Assembly (NCBI GenBank): GCA_017549765.1
Contig: JAFYNM010000012.1
Span: 1,055 to 65,054 of the forward strand
Length of the DNA stretch: 64,000 nt
Reading direction: 5' to 3'
From: Bacteroidales bacterium
GTDB lineage: Bacteria; Bacteroidota; Bacteroidia; Bacteroidales; WCHB1-69
In this document: positions 26,691 to 36,663 of the stretch, in pieces
Layout of the letters: the number at the start of each line of letters is the position of its first letter
How positions within the stretch are numbered: the first letter of the stretch is position 1
The notes under the pieces: generated by a model
What the model was told of the DNA's origin: nothing
Seen by the model: the letters and a program-made list of their open reading frames with translations, nothing else
Database searches by the model: none
Made by a program: the position numbers and the translations under genes

Positions 26691-27866
26691 CGCTCCGAGT
26701 ATGGCGGCGATGGCGACACCCAGATAGTTACCGATAGCATAACCCACCAGGCCGATCACGATACCACTCAGGAGGACCTTGCGGTTACCGAGGGCTTCGA
26801 CGACAGGCGGCACAAACGGCGGGGAGCAGAGCAAGCTGATATGCCCCACCGTGAAGAGGTCTCCGTTCACCTTAAAGATGCGGCAGATGATGATGTGCAA
26901 CACGATGGAGATCATCATGACAAAGAGGATATACCACATGATGGTCAGAGTCGATTTGTTGATGGCGTAGATGTTGAACTGTGAGGCGACCACTACGCTG
27001 AAGACGAGGATGAAGAACATGCCCAGTTCAAACGTTTTGGGCAGATCACGCACCTTCTTGCTGAAGGAGGCGATGATGGACAACGTGGTGATGGTCAGGA
27101 TTACGATCAGCTCGTTCAGTTTATGAGTCAGCAGCAGGGAGAGGCCTGCGCCGACAGCGAGGAAGAGCACCGAGAGCAAGAGGCCAATCATCATCTTGCC
27201 GAAAGTACCCCGTTTCAGCATTCCTTTGTAGTTCTCAAAAGATTCCTCCAGAGCATCCAGGTCTTCAGCGGAAGTCTCCGCAGAAGTAGTGTCGGGGAAA
27301 GGCAACAGTTTGCGGAAAAAGCGGTATCCGCCAGCCACGATGAAGAGGATGAGCGGAAAAGTCACGATCTCCTCAAAGGTCAAGGTCAGCACGATGAGGC
27401 TGGGGTCCACCTCCAGGGCGAGGCCCAGGGAGTTGAAATTCATGGTGCCGCCGGTGTAGATGCCGGTCATCATGGCAGCGACCTTCTCAAACTGCGGGAC
27501 GTCCTGGTTGCGGAAGACGAAATATCCGACCACCAGGGCCACCAAGACGGAGAAGATACCGCCGAGCAGCACCGCCATGGTCTTGGGCAGCGACTTAGTC
27601 CACAACTTGAAGTCGGAGTTAAAAAGCATCAGCGGGATGGCGAGGGGCACCGCGACATTCATCAGCAGTTTCTGCCAGGAGGCCAGTTGCTCCGCGCCCG
27701 GCTCCGTCCCGGTAGGGAGAATGCCTGTCAAGGCGATAATGATACCGACAGCATAGGCCATCATGACAGTCCCCACCTTCTGCATCCACTTCACCCTGGA
27801 GAAAAGCAGGATAATCAGCACAGGGAAAAGGACATAACCCACCAGCATCGCAATAGAAATTGTCAT
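26685..27866 (-). CDS. Polytopic membrane protein (DUF819-like putative transporter)
   Basis: About 393 aa with about 10-12 TM helices and a central hydrophilic loop. Start set at MTISIAML (27866), downstream of the -7 box at 27909-27916. The family call is from memory only. Confidence 0.55.
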   Translation of the reverse strand: MTISIAMLVGYVLFPVLIILLFSRVKWMQKVGTVMMAYAVGIIIALTGILPTGTEPGAEQLASWQKLLMNVAVPLAIPLMLFNSDFKLWTKSLPKTMAVLLGGIFSVLVALVVGYFVFRNQDVPQFEKVAAMMTGIYTGGTMNFNSLGLALEVDPSLIVLTLTFEEIVTFPLILFIVAGGYRFFRKLLPFPDTTSAETSAEDLDALEESFENYKGMLKRGTFGKMMIGLLLSVLFLAVGAGLSLLLTHKLNELIVILTITTLSIIASFSKKVRDLPKTFELGMFFILVFSVVVASQFNIYAINKSTLTIMWYILFVMMISIVLHIIICRIFKVNGDLFTVGHISLLCSPPFVPPVVEALGNRKVLLSGIVIGLVGYAIGNYLGVAIAAILGAL

Positions 27867-27908
27867 AGCTTCATATTTTGGTTTTACATTTTTTACAAAA
27901 AGAGGTCG

Positions 27909-27916
27909 CAAACATA
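27909..27916 (-). promoter_or_regulatory. -7 promoter box (TATGTTTG)
   Basis: TAnnTTTG on the minus strand, upstream of the ATG at 27866. Confidence 0.5.
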
Positions 27917-27928
27917 CAAAAATTTCTA

Positions 27929-27936
27929 TACCTTTG
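27929..27936 (+). promoter_or_regulatory. -7 promoter box (TACCTTTG) for pepE
   Basis: TAnnTTTG on the + strand, 45 nt upstream of the ATG at 27981. Confidence 0.5.
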
Positions 27937-27980
27937 CACGCTTTTTCATCGCATATTATTCACAATAAACACCATAATTT

Positions 27981-28727
27981 ATGAAACTGTTATTGATCAG
28001 CAATTCCACCAACTACAAGGAGCCTTACCTGTCGTGGTGCATGCCTCTGTTAGAGGAGTTTTTACAAAAGACCGCCAAGAAGATCGTCTTCATCCCATAC
28101 GCCGGTGTCGATGTGGGCGGCAAAGTGTATCCGGAGAGTTACGATGCTTACACAGAGCGTGTGCAGAAGGTCTTCAAGACTTTCGGCAAGACCATCGTTT
28201 CCGTGCATGCGGCCAAGGATCCAGTGGATCTCATCAACCATGCAGACCTCATCATGGTCGGTGGCGGCAACACCTTCCATCTGGTCGCGGAATTGCATCG
28301 CAACAAGCTCATCGAGCCCATCCGCCGCAAGGTGATGGAGGGCACCCCCTACATCGGCTGGAGTGCCGGCTCCAACGTGGCCTGCCCTACCCTCTGCACC
28401 ACCAACGACATGCCCATCGTGATGCCGGAGAGCTTCCAGTGCCTCGACCTGGTGCCTTTCCAGATCAACCCGCACTATATCGATCCCTATCCAGAGGAGA
28501 TCAACGACCGCATCCGTCATGGTGGCGAGACCCGTCAAGTGCGCCTGAACGAATACTTGGCCGTCAACCAGTACAAGACCGTCGCCGGGCTGCGCGAAGG
28601 CACTGCCTTGTGGGTGGAGAACGAACGTATCACGCTCCGCGGCACCCGCAACATGATTGTGCTGCGCTACGGCAAGAAGCCGGTGGAGAAGAAGCCGGGA
28701 GCTGAGTTCGGCTTTGATTTGAAATAA
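27981..28727 (+). CDS. pepE: Dipeptidase E (peptidase S51)
   Basis: MKLLLISNS.., IMVGGGNTFHL, YIGWSAGSNVACPT..TTNDMPIV, FQINPHY closely follow the PepE pattern. Confidence 0.85.
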   Translation: MKLLLISNSTNYKEPYLSWCMPLLEEFLQKTAKKIVFIPYAGVDVGGKVYPESYDAYTERVQKVFKTFGKTIVSVHAAKDPVDLINHADLIMVGGGNTFHLVAELHRNKLIEPIRRKVMEGTPYIGWSAGSNVACPTLCTTNDMPIVMPESFQCLDLVPFQINPHYIDPYPEEINDRIRHGGETRQVRLNEYLAVNQYKTVAGLREGTALWVENERITLRGTRNMIVLRYGKKPVEKKPGAEFGFDLK

Positions 28728-28778
28728 AGCACCGTCAACAGACAGCACTGACGAACCGTCTGATAGCACCACCAACAC

Positions 28779-29864
28779 ATGTTAGGAATCAGCATCGACC
28801 AGAAACGCATCTTTGGTCTGGACCTATTGCGGGCACTGGCCATCATCCTGATCGTGCATGGCCATGGCGCATACCTGTTGCAAGGCACAGCCTTGTCTGG
28901 TGTGCTCGCCATTCCCTTGCCAGACACTGTCGATATCTTTTTTGTACTCACTGGATTCCTGATAGGGAGTTCCTTTCTGTCCTACGCTGAAAAATATCAG
29001 CAGGTGGACTGGGGCAAGAACCTGCATTTCTATGGACGCTCAGCCTTGAGAATACTGCCCAACTACTATTTTATCCTTATAATCTACTACATCTTAGTAC
29101 ATTGGCAGCTCATCAACGGGGACACCCACGAATTCTCCCTCTGGTATTTCATTACCTTCACCCAAAACCTTTTTACACCCTTTTACAACTTCTATTGGGA
29201 GTCGTGGACCCTGCCGGTGCAATGGTGGTTCTACTTGCTATTCCCCCTCCTACTCGCACTTGTCACACCACGTATCAAAGCTCGGCATGCAGTACCTGTC
29301 ATCAGCTGCCTCTTCATCTTGCTGTCGCTGGGATATAGGGTCTGTGTCGCCGACCATGCCACGGACCCGTTCTGGTGGGGTGTGTGGATCCGCAAAACCG
29401 TCGCATCGCGCTGCGACAGCATCTATATCGGCGTTCTGGCAGCCTGGCTGTACACCTACTGTCCCGACTTATGGAAGCGCCACTCGGGGAAATGTCTGAT
29501 CGCAGGATTAGTCCTATTGGTCTTCCTCCTTGTATTCCCACGAACTTATGGTTCCTTTTACACGAATGTTCTTGTATTGACCCTTTCCCCATTGGCCTTT
29601 GCTTTGTGCCTTCCATCACTTTCCGGCATCCGAAGCAGCAAAACCATCCTGGGCGGAATCCTATCCCATATCAGCATCCTCTCCTACGCCATGTTCCTTG
29701 TCAACCTGATGATCATACAGATTATCAGCGCCAACTTTGCTGAGACATTCAGTCATTGGGGAGCATGGGGATATCTCGTATATTGGGTATTGGTCTTGAT
29801 GGCGTCCTACCTGCTTTACATATTGGTAGAAAAGCCCTTCACCTTACTCAGAAATCGACTTTAG
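28779..29864 (+). CDS. Acyltransferase family 3 membrane protein
   Basis: N-terminal RIFGLDLLRALAIILIVHGH motif; about 10 TM helices. Confidence 0.8.
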   Translation: MLGISIDQKRIFGLDLLRALAIILIVHGHGAYLLQGTALSGVLAIPLPDTVDIFFVLTGFLIGSSFLSYAEKYQQVDWGKNLHFYGRSALRILPNYYFILIIYYILVHWQLINGDTHEFSLWYFITFTQNLFTPFYNFYWESWTLPVQWWFYLLFPLLLALVTPRIKARHAVPVISCLFILLSLGYRVCVADHATDPFWWGVWIRKTVASRCDSIYIGVLAAWLYTYCPDLWKRHSGKCLIAGLVLLVFLLVFPRTYGSFYTNVLVLTLSPLAFALCLPSLSGIRSSKTILGGILSHISILSYAMFLVNLMIIQIISANFAETFSHWGAWGYLVYWVLVLMASYLLYILVEKPFTLLRNRL

Positions 29865-30560
29865 TTCCTCATCATCGCGAGTTTTGTCATTCTCGGGATC
29901 CTGGGAAGTGGATTTCTTGCGGTCCAGCCAACCGGGAAGGTAGGAGGCAACCAGCATCACGATCACGAACAGGGCGAAAGCACCCAACAGCACATAGAGA
30001 AGCACTCTGCGGGTTCGATACGGATCGCGCACCTTGTGTACGGGCATCGGTTCCAAAACGACATCTTCCACCACATCATAGGTACTCAGGTCGCCATCGT
30101 CATAGAAGGTGTCCGCATAGAATATGGTCAGGAGATCATTATGAGGCTTGTCGGAAGGAATCACATCCACTTGCACCGCCTTCAGGGTCATCTTTTTACC
30201 GTTGACCTTGATCTCGTTGGCCGGTATCGTAAAAGTCCCTAACGAGTCGGCGGAGAGATAGTAGATATATTCGCGACGAGTTTTGGAATATTTCTTTCCA
30301 TTTTCGACTTTGATAGCACTGCTGGCATTGGAAGCCTGACCATTGATCAAGAAAGGACCGAAGTCCAGATCATTGATATCGGCCTTGGCGTTGGTGATAA
30401 TGGTATAGGTAAAAAGTTCACCTTTCTGGACCTCTTTCGGGGTTTGCACCTCACATGTCGGCTTGAAGGCCTTGTTCTGCGTCTGCGCCGGAAGCGGCAT
30501 CGTCAACGATGTCAGAAAAAAGGTCAGAGAGACTATAAGAAAGGATCTGCGCATGTTCAT
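29844..30560 (-). CDS. BatD-like protein (short form with C-terminal TM anchor)
   Basis: Signal peptide. BatD N-domain pattern (..V.KGELFTYTI..; GTFTIPANEIKVNGKKMTLKAVQVDV), then a TM helix VLLYVLLGAFALFVIVMLVASYL. Confidence 0.6.
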   Translation of the reverse strand: MNMRRSFLIVSLTFFLTSLTMPLPAQTQNKAFKPTCEVQTPKEVQKGELFTYTIITNAKADINDLDFGPFLINGQASNASSAIKVENGKKYSKTRREYIYYLSADSLGTFTIPANEIKVNGKKMTLKAVQVDVIPSDKPHNDLLTIFYADTFYDDGDLSTYDVVEDVVLEPMPVHKVRDPYRTRRVLLYVLLGAFALFVIVMLVASYLPGWLDRKKSTSQDPENDKTRDDEELKSISE

Positions 30561-30565
30561 TCTGG

Positions 30566-31933
30566 TTAGATTTTATAGGTTTTGGCTTTATTCTTGGAAG
30601 ATTTGTTCTCCTCGTCAGCGGGACGGCTCGGGCCAGGGGTGACCTCCAGATGATAGTCCTGAGAGGTGATGATCTTGTGGGAGCCAGTATCATAATCATA
30701 ATAGTAGTAGGAAGCACCCGGGATGTAATAGGTGCCTTCTCCGCGAGGGATAATGGTGAACTGGAAGGTCTTGGTACCGGTGATGTAGTCGCCCTTGGCC
30801 GTGATGTTGGAGATCACCTTGGGGAAGGTCACATCGCAATCATCGGGGAAGGTGATGTCCAGGTCGTCGGCAGAGATCCTGTGGAGATTGCCGCTGCCAG
30901 ACACCGTCACGGAGAGCACCACCCTGTCGTTGGGATGACATTCCGTGCGGCTCAGGTTGGAGGTCATCGTGAAGCCGCCCACCACCTCTGTCTTGGCCGG
31001 GTTGGCGCCGGGGAGGGCTTTCACCTTGACGGCAATGTCATTGGAGGTTAGCGCGACCTCTTTGCGGCGATAGGAGGAGATGTTGCCCCAGAAGGGATCC
31101 TTGACCACCGCGGGCACCCGGATGGAGAGGTTGACATTCAGCTTGGGGATGGTCAGCTTGCCCGTGCGGGTCGGATAGAAGGCTGCCTGGTCGAAGACGA
31201 AGACGGTGTAGCTCTTGCCATTGACCGTCTCGGTGGTGCGTTCCTGTCTTGTGATGTCCAAGTCGCCGATCCAGAAGTCGTCGGTGGCGTTGAAAGAGGC
31301 TCTCTCCACGCTATAGCCGGAAATGTCGTCCTTGACATACAGTTTGTAGGTCACCACAATGCCTTCGCCCTGATAGGCTTCCAGTTTGGAGGAGACCGCC
31401 TGGATGAAGATGTCGTTCTTGCCGAGTTTGTCTTCCACTTGCACCTTTTCTTTGCCAGAAGGTTGTTCCTGCGGCTCTCCCCACTGAGGGAACTCAAAAG
31501 AGGGAAAGTCGCGCCCCCAGCCAAACTGGTTGTCATCATGACTCTGGGCGTTCTTGGATACCGTCACGGTCACGGAGTTGCTCTTCACCACCTTGCCATC
31601 GATGGAGAGCGTCACCCCGGGAATGGTGAAGGTGCCCTCTTTCTTGGCAGAGAGATGATAGGTGTAGGTATAGGTGGTCTGCTGGTCCACATGGCCGTTG
31701 ATCATCGAGATAGAGGTGCTGGTGCCCACACTCGGGCCACTCACCAGCTCGAACTTGCCGAAGTCGGTGGATACAATTTCGCCTTGGCTGCTCGTAGAGA
31801 CCGTATATTGGAAAGGCCTGTCGAGCGGCACTTCCGAGGGTGCCTTTGCCGTGCAGGTCTCTTGGGCCATTGTCGTCACAAAGGGCGCTATCGTACAGCA
31901 AAGCAAGACAATAAAGCAGTGTAGTTTTTTCAT
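30566..31933 (-). CDS. BatD family protein (no C-terminal TM anchor)
   Basis: Signal peptide. GTFTIPGVTLSIDGKVVKSNSVTVTV and repeated Ig-like segments typical of BatD. Ends in a basic tail without a TM helix. Confidence 0.65.
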   Translation of the reverse strand: MKKLHCFIVLLCCTIAPFVTTMAQETCTAKAPSEVPLDRPFQYTVSTSSQGEIVSTDFGKFELVSGPSVGTSTSISMINGHVDQQTTYTYTYHLSAKKEGTFTIPGVTLSIDGKVVKSNSVTVTVSKNAQSHDDNQFGWGRDFPSFEFPQWGEPQEQPSGKEKVQVEDKLGKNDIFIQAVSSKLEAYQGEGIVVTYKLYVKDDISGYSVERASFNATDDFWIGDLDITRQERTTETVNGKSYTVFVFDQAAFYPTRTGKLTIPKLNVNLSIRVPAVVKDPFWGNISSYRRKEVALTSNDIAVKVKALPGANPAKTEVVGGFTMTSNLSRTECHPNDRVVLSVTVSGSGNLHRISADDLDITFPDDCDVTFPKVISNITAKGDYITGTKTFQFTIIPRGEGTYYIPGASYYYYDYDTGSHKIITSQDYHLEVTPGPSRPADEENKSSKNKAKTYKI

Positions 31934-31991
31934 AGCATCATGATTTTAAACAAAAGCCAATAGGTAACGGGAAAAGAGTGGTATTATTGTA

Positions 31992-32624
31992 TCATTTACG
32001 GCCAAAATCAGCAGGAATCTCACCCCATACCGGGGTGTCCCATTTATAGATGGGCGTGGAGTAGGTATTGTTCCGCAACCAGTATTCAGCGCGGTTGAGC
32101 AGGTCGAAGATGGCCACATTCTCTTCGGTGGGGAGGATGATGGACTTGTGTTTCTTGGCGCGCACCCAGGCCATGGCGGTGACACTGTCGGTATAGATTG
32201 GAATCTGCAGGTTTTTCTGTTTCAGCAGTGCCAGACCGTGCACCAGTGCCAGAAACTCCCCGATATTGTTGGTGGCACCCGGGAAAGGGCCCTTGTGAAA
32301 CCATACTTCGCGCGTCCGGGTATGGACACCTCGGTACTCCATCACCTTGGTGACCGAGTTCCAAGCGGCATCCACGGACAGGCTCTCCAAGATAGGCTGA
32401 TGGTCGGCAGATGCCACGGGCAACGTCTTGGCAGTAGCCGGATGCTTGCGATAATAAGCCTCGTAACCCTCATCCAATGCGGCCTGCGCTTCTGTTAAAT
32501 TAATAAATGATTTATATTTCGCCCCCTCGAAGTGCACCACCTGTTGCTTGCATTCTTCCCAAGTCTCATAGATGCCCGGTGCGACACCTTTCCATACCAC
32601 ATAAAATTTTTTTTGCCTATTCAT
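31992..32624 (-). CDS. rnhA: Ribonuclease HI with N-terminal hybrid-binding (viroplasmin-like) domain
   Basis: FYVVWKGVAPGIYETWEECKQQVVHFEGAKYKSF is the HBD, followed by an RNase H fold (TNNIGEFLALVHGL, IYTDS). Confidence 0.8.
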   Translation of the reverse strand: MNRQKKFYVVWKGVAPGIYETWEECKQQVVHFEGAKYKSFINLTEAQAALDEGYEAYYRKHPATAKTLPVASADHQPILESLSVDAAWNSVTKVMEYRGVHTRTREVWFHKGPFPGATNNIGEFLALVHGLALLKQKNLQIPIYTDSVTAMAWVRAKKHKSIILPTEENVAIFDLLNRAEYWLRNNTYSTPIYKWDTPVWGEIPADFGRK

Positions 32625-32682
32625 ATTTTTTGTATTATTGCAGTTGTTTTAAAATTCTTGCAAAAATAATTTAATTATCCAT

Positions 32683-33213
32683 TTGTCAAAAAAGATGTTT
32701 AAAAATAATCATAAAATTCTCCTGACCCTCATAGCTCTAACAACGCTTTGTCTTATAACTAATTCCTGCCAAAAGGGCACCCTGAAAAAAGAGCGTAATC
32801 AAACCACTGTCGCTCATTCATTCCCCAACACCAACTGGGCTTTCGAAGAACAAGTGCTGGATTTCGACTTTGAAAATCCCGATTCCACCGCCAACTATCA
32901 GATCAGTTTTCTCTTGAATTATGATGCGAACACCGTCACCATGGACGAGATTCCCATCACCGCGACCCTGATTGCGCCCAATGGGATGGAGTCCTTCGTG
33001 ACCAGTACCTTCAGGCTGAAGGAGACGAATGCTTTCAGCAAGTCTCTGGAAGACGGCAGCACCCTTCAGGAGGTGGTCGTATTCCCCAAAAAAGACCTCA
33101 ATCAGAAAGGGCATTATAAAGTTTCCCTGTACAGAAAAGCTGCCAAGGCCGACAACTACGGCTTCAACAGCATCACCCTCAAGGTATCCAAACTCAAAAA
33201 AAGCCGTTCATAG
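32683..33213 (+). CDS. Lipoprotein, GldH-like
   Basis: Lipobox LITNSC. W..E.vL.FDF...d....Y.I.f.l.Y.....deIP.....i.PnG ... kG.YkV.l pattern resembles GldH. Weak, pattern-level call. Confidence 0.45.
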   Translation: MSKKMFKNNHKILLTLIALTTLCLITNSCQKGTLKKERNQTTVAHSFPNTNWAFEEQVLDFDFENPDSTANYQISFLLNYDANTVTMDEIPITATLIAPNGMESFVTSTFRLKETNAFSKSLEDGSTLQEVVVFPKKDLNQKGHYKVSLYRKAAKADNYGFNSITLKVSKLKKSRS

Positions 33214-33267
33214 CCTGTCTGGAGGTTTCTTTATCCGATTAAAATAAAAAACAATAAACTCACACAA

Positions 33268-34053
33268 ATGAAACAGACCAAATGTAAAGTATTGCTCGTA
33301 GATGACAGCGAGAATTTATTGTATGTCATCAAAGACTATCTGGAGTTATCCGGATACGTTGTGTATGATTTTATGGATGAGAAGATAGCCGAGCGTTCTC
33401 TCTCCACGCATTCATACAATCTATGCATCATCGATATCATGTCCAAGGGCAGGGAGAGTTTCTCGTTGCTTCAGGAGATACGGAAGAACAACGACCTGTT
33501 GCCTGTCATCATCCTGACGGCCAACACCTCCAAAGAGGACCGCATCAAGGCTTTCAAATATGGTTGCGACGACTACATCACCAAGCCGTTCTCCATTGAG
33601 GAGTTGGAATTGCGTATGCGGGCCATCTTGAGACGTTGTTCCCTCATCACCAACAAGGCGACAGCCATTTACGAAGACAAGATCTATCACATGGGCAACT
33701 TTGAGTTCAACTTCTCGAGCATGCAGCTCATCCACCCGAAGAAGACCCGCACGTTGACCCGCAAGGAGGCTCATCTGCTTCAGTTATTGCTGGAGCACAA
33801 GAACAAGCTCATCCCCCGCGAGATCATCCTCAAAGAGATCTGGGGCGAAGAGGATCACTCTGTCAGCCGCAGCATGGATGTCTTCCTGACCAAACTCCGT
33901 TCCTACCTGATGATTGATGACGAGAGCCATATCCTTCCCAAGCAGGAAGGCAAGCGCAAGACAATCTACGAGGATGGCTACGAGCCCTTGGTGGAGATCG
34001 TGAACTTCCACGGTGCCGGATACATGTTGAAAGTCAGAGAACCCGAAGCATAA
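33268..34053 (+). CDS. OmpR-family response regulator (winged-helix output)
   Basis: Receiver domain (LLVDDSENL, LCIIDIMS, ILTANTSKEDRIKAFKYGCDDYITKPF) plus a trans_reg_C domain carrying a ~25-aa insertion before the wing (GAGYML). Confidence 0.85.
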   Translation: MKQTKCKVLLVDDSENLLYVIKDYLELSGYVVYDFMDEKIAERSLSTHSYNLCIIDIMSKGRESFSLLQEIRKNNDLLPVIILTANTSKEDRIKAFKYGCDDYITKPFSIEELELRMRAILRRCSLITNKATAIYEDKIYHMGNFEFNFSSMQLIHPKKTRTLTRKEAHLLQLLLEHKNKLIPREIILKEIWGEEDHSVSRSMDVFLTKLRSYLMIDDESHILPKQEGKRKTIYEDGYEPLVEIVNFHGAGYMLKVREPEA

Positions 34054-34061
34054 TCCTAGTC

Positions 34062-34937
34062 ATGGTCATAGACAAACTTTTTGACAGTGTCGCCGAGAAG
34101 GGGCACGTCTGCATCGGCTTAGACACCGACTATAGTTATCTGCCACCCGCGATGGCAACGCGATATCCGGATGTGGCCGACGGCCTTTTCCAATTCAACA
34201 AGGCCATCATCGACAAGACCTTGGATGTGGCAGCGTGCTATAAGGTACAGATTGCCTATTACGAGTCCTTCGGCATCCAGGGGCTGGTAGCGTATGCACG
34301 CACCCTGTCGTACCTGCGCCAGCGCGGGGCCATCATCATTGCCGACATCAAGCGGGGCGACATCGCCAAGACGGCAGAGATGTATGCCAAGGCGCACTTC
34401 ACTGGCGAATTCGAGGCCGACTTCATCACACTCAGTCCCTACATGGGTCTGGACAGCCTGTCGCCCTACCTGCCCTACCTCAAAGATCATGGCAAGGGTG
34501 TCTTTGTCTTGATCCGCACCTCCAACGAAGGGGCCAAGGACATCGAGTACCTGCCTCTTGAAGATGGACGGCGTGTATATCATGCCGTCGGTGAGAAGCT
34601 CAACAGCCTGGGGAAAGAGTTCATAGGGCATTGTGGCTATTCTGCCATCGGCGGTGTCATGGGCTGCACCCATGCCGACGAGGCTGCGGAGATCCGCGAG
34701 CAGTTGGACTCCACCTTCTTCCTGATTCCCGGCTACGGCGCCCAGGGCGGCAAGGCCGAGGACATCGCCCGCTACCTGCACCAAGGCAACGGCGGCGTGG
34801 TCAACTCCTCCCGCGGCATCCTGCTGGCCTACCGCAAACAGGAACACGGGGAAGAAGACTTTGCCGCTTGTTCACGCGCCGAGGCCATCCGCATGCGCGA
34901 CGACATCCTGAACGCCATCCACCAAGCCTCTCTTTAA
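34062..34937 (+). CDS. pyrF: Orotidine-5'-phosphate decarboxylase (type 2)
   Basis: HVCIGLDTD, ADIKRGDI, LIPGYGAQGG motifs. Confidence 0.9.
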   Translation: MVIDKLFDSVAEKGHVCIGLDTDYSYLPPAMATRYPDVADGLFQFNKAIIDKTLDVAACYKVQIAYYESFGIQGLVAYARTLSYLRQRGAIIIADIKRGDIAKTAEMYAKAHFTGEFEADFITLSPYMGLDSLSPYLPYLKDHGKGVFVLIRTSNEGAKDIEYLPLEDGRRVYHAVGEKLNSLGKEFIGHCGYSAIGGVMGCTHADEAAEIREQLDSTFFLIPGYGAQGGKAEDIARYLHQGNGGVVNSSRGILLAYRKQEHGEEDFAACSRAEAIRMRDDILNAIHQASL

Positions 34938-34964
34938 CACGTCACTTTATCATTCTGACATACC

Positions 34965-35708
34965 GTGCAATATTTTCAATCCACCGTCCAATCCAACATC
35001 CAGATCACGGAAGACATCTGGGTGATGACTGTCCTCCGCCATGGCGCACAGGCCTCCGCCGGGCAGTTCTTCATGCTCAAATGCTGGGACCAAGAACTGA
35101 CGTTGATGCGGCCCATCAGTGTCTATCAAGCCACAGAAGAGCATCTGCTATTCATGTATCGCATTGTCGGGCAGGGCACCCGCAAATTGTCACAGCTTCA
35201 AAAGGGCGACCCCATCTCGCTCTTGGGAGGCCTGGGCAACGGCTACCCGCTCGACCAGCTTCACGGACATATTGCTGTCTTGGGTGGCGGCGTGGGCATT
35301 CCCCCACTCTGCCTCACGGCACAGATGCTCCAGGTGCAAGGCTGCACGGTGGATGCCTATCTGGGCTACCGCGACCAGCTCTTCGCCATCGAGGCCTTCG
35401 AACCCTACTGCCAAGACATATTCATATCATCTGAACTCGGCCCTGAAGGTTACCGCGGCTACATCACCGACCTGCTGAAGGCGGAACAGTATGACGCCGT
35501 GCTCACCTGCGGTCCCGAGGTGATGATGCGCAAGGTAGCTCAGATCTGCGCAGCGCAACAGGTTACCTGTTGGTGTTCCATGGAGCACCGTATGGCCTGC
35601 GGCATCGGCGCCTGTCTCGGCTGCAGCATCCCCACCTCGGAAGGCATGAAAAGGGTCTGCAAGGACGGCCCCATCTTTTTATCCACCCATCTGTTTCAAG
35701 AAGTATAG
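34965..35708 (+). CDS. pyrK: Dihydroorotate dehydrogenase electron-transfer subunit
   Basis: FAD/NAD-binding fold and C-terminal 2Fe-2S motif CGIGACLGCS..C. GTG start at 34965 as given by the ORF track. Confidence 0.85.
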   Translation: MQYFQSTVQSNIQITEDIWVMTVLRHGAQASAGQFFMLKCWDQELTLMRPISVYQATEEHLLFMYRIVGQGTRKLSQLQKGDPISLLGGLGNGYPLDQLHGHIAVLGGGVGIPPLCLTAQMLQVQGCTVDAYLGYRDQLFAIEAFEPYCQDIFISSELGPEGYRGYITDLLKAEQYDAVLTCGPEVMMRKVAQICAAQQVTCWCSMEHRMACGIGACLGCSIPTSEGMKRVCKDGPIFLSTHLFQEV

Positions 35709-35710
35709 CC

Positions 35711-36613
35711 ATGGCAAATCTGCAGACCACCGTCAACGGGATAACATTCAAGAACCCCTTCATCGCCGCCTCCGGCACCTTTGGGTTCGGGGAAGAATAT
35801 AACCAGCTGTTTGATGTCAGCTGCCTTGGCGGCATCAGCTCCAAAGGGCTCACGCTGAAGCCCAAGGATGGCAACCTGGGGATCAGAGTCTATGAAACGC
35901 CGTCCGGCATGATGAACAGTGTCGGCTTGCAAAATCCTGGCATTGAAGCATTCATCGAGCATTACATCCCGGTTATGCGGCAGTGGGACACCGTCTTGAT
36001 CGCCAACATGGGCGGGCACAGCATGGACGACTACGTGACGGGCGCAGAGATGCTCTCGCAGGCCAACATCGACATGCTGGAGCTCAACATCTCCTGTCCC
36101 AATGTCAAGAGCGGGGGCATGGCCTTCGGCATCAAAGCCGATGTGGCCGCCGAAGTGGTCACCGCCGTGCGCAAGGTATGCCGGAAACCTTTGATCGTCA
36201 AGCTCTCGCCCAACGCGGAGAACATCGTGGAGATGGCCAAAGCGTGCGAAGGCGCCGGCGCCGACTCTCTCTCTCTAGTCAACACCTTCCAGGCCATGGC
36301 CATCGACATCCATCGGCGGAAGCCCATATTCAACAATGTCTATGCCGGCCTCTCCGGCGCGGCCATACGACCCATCGCCCTGCGGATGGTGCATTCTGTT
36401 TCCAAAGCGGTCCAGATCCCTGTCATCGGCTTAGGCGGCATCACCAGCGCCGAAGATGTGCTGTCCTTCATGATGGCCGGCGCCTCCGCCGTGCAGATCG
36501 GCACCGTCAACTTCACCACGCCCGACATCGGGAAGCGACTCGTGGAAGACCTAGACACCCTCTGCGACAAAGAAAACATCAAAAACATCCAAGATATCGT
36601 GGGCATCATCTGA
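35711..36613 (+). CDS. pyrD: Dihydroorotate dehydrogenase B, catalytic subunit
   Basis: FKNPFIAASGTFGFG, ELNISCPNVK, NTF.. and GLGGI motifs. ATG 35711 lies 3 nt after the pyrK stop. Confidence 0.9.
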   Translation: MANLQTTVNGITFKNPFIAASGTFGFGEEYNQLFDVSCLGGISSKGLTLKPKDGNLGIRVYETPSGMMNSVGLQNPGIEAFIEHYIPVMRQWDTVLIANMGGHSMDDYVTGAEMLSQANIDMLELNISCPNVKSGGMAFGIKADVAAEVVTAVRKVCRKPLIVKLSPNAENIVEMAKACEGAGADSLSLVNTFQAMAIDIHRRKPIFNNVYAGLSGAAIRPIALRMVHSVSKAVQIPVIGLGGITSAEDVLSFMMAGASAVQIGTVNFTTPDIGKRLVEDLDTLCDKENIKNIQDIVGII

Positions 36614-36663
36614 CAGTCCTCAACAGCCTACCCTTATCTTAATCTACATAAAAACAAAAGACA

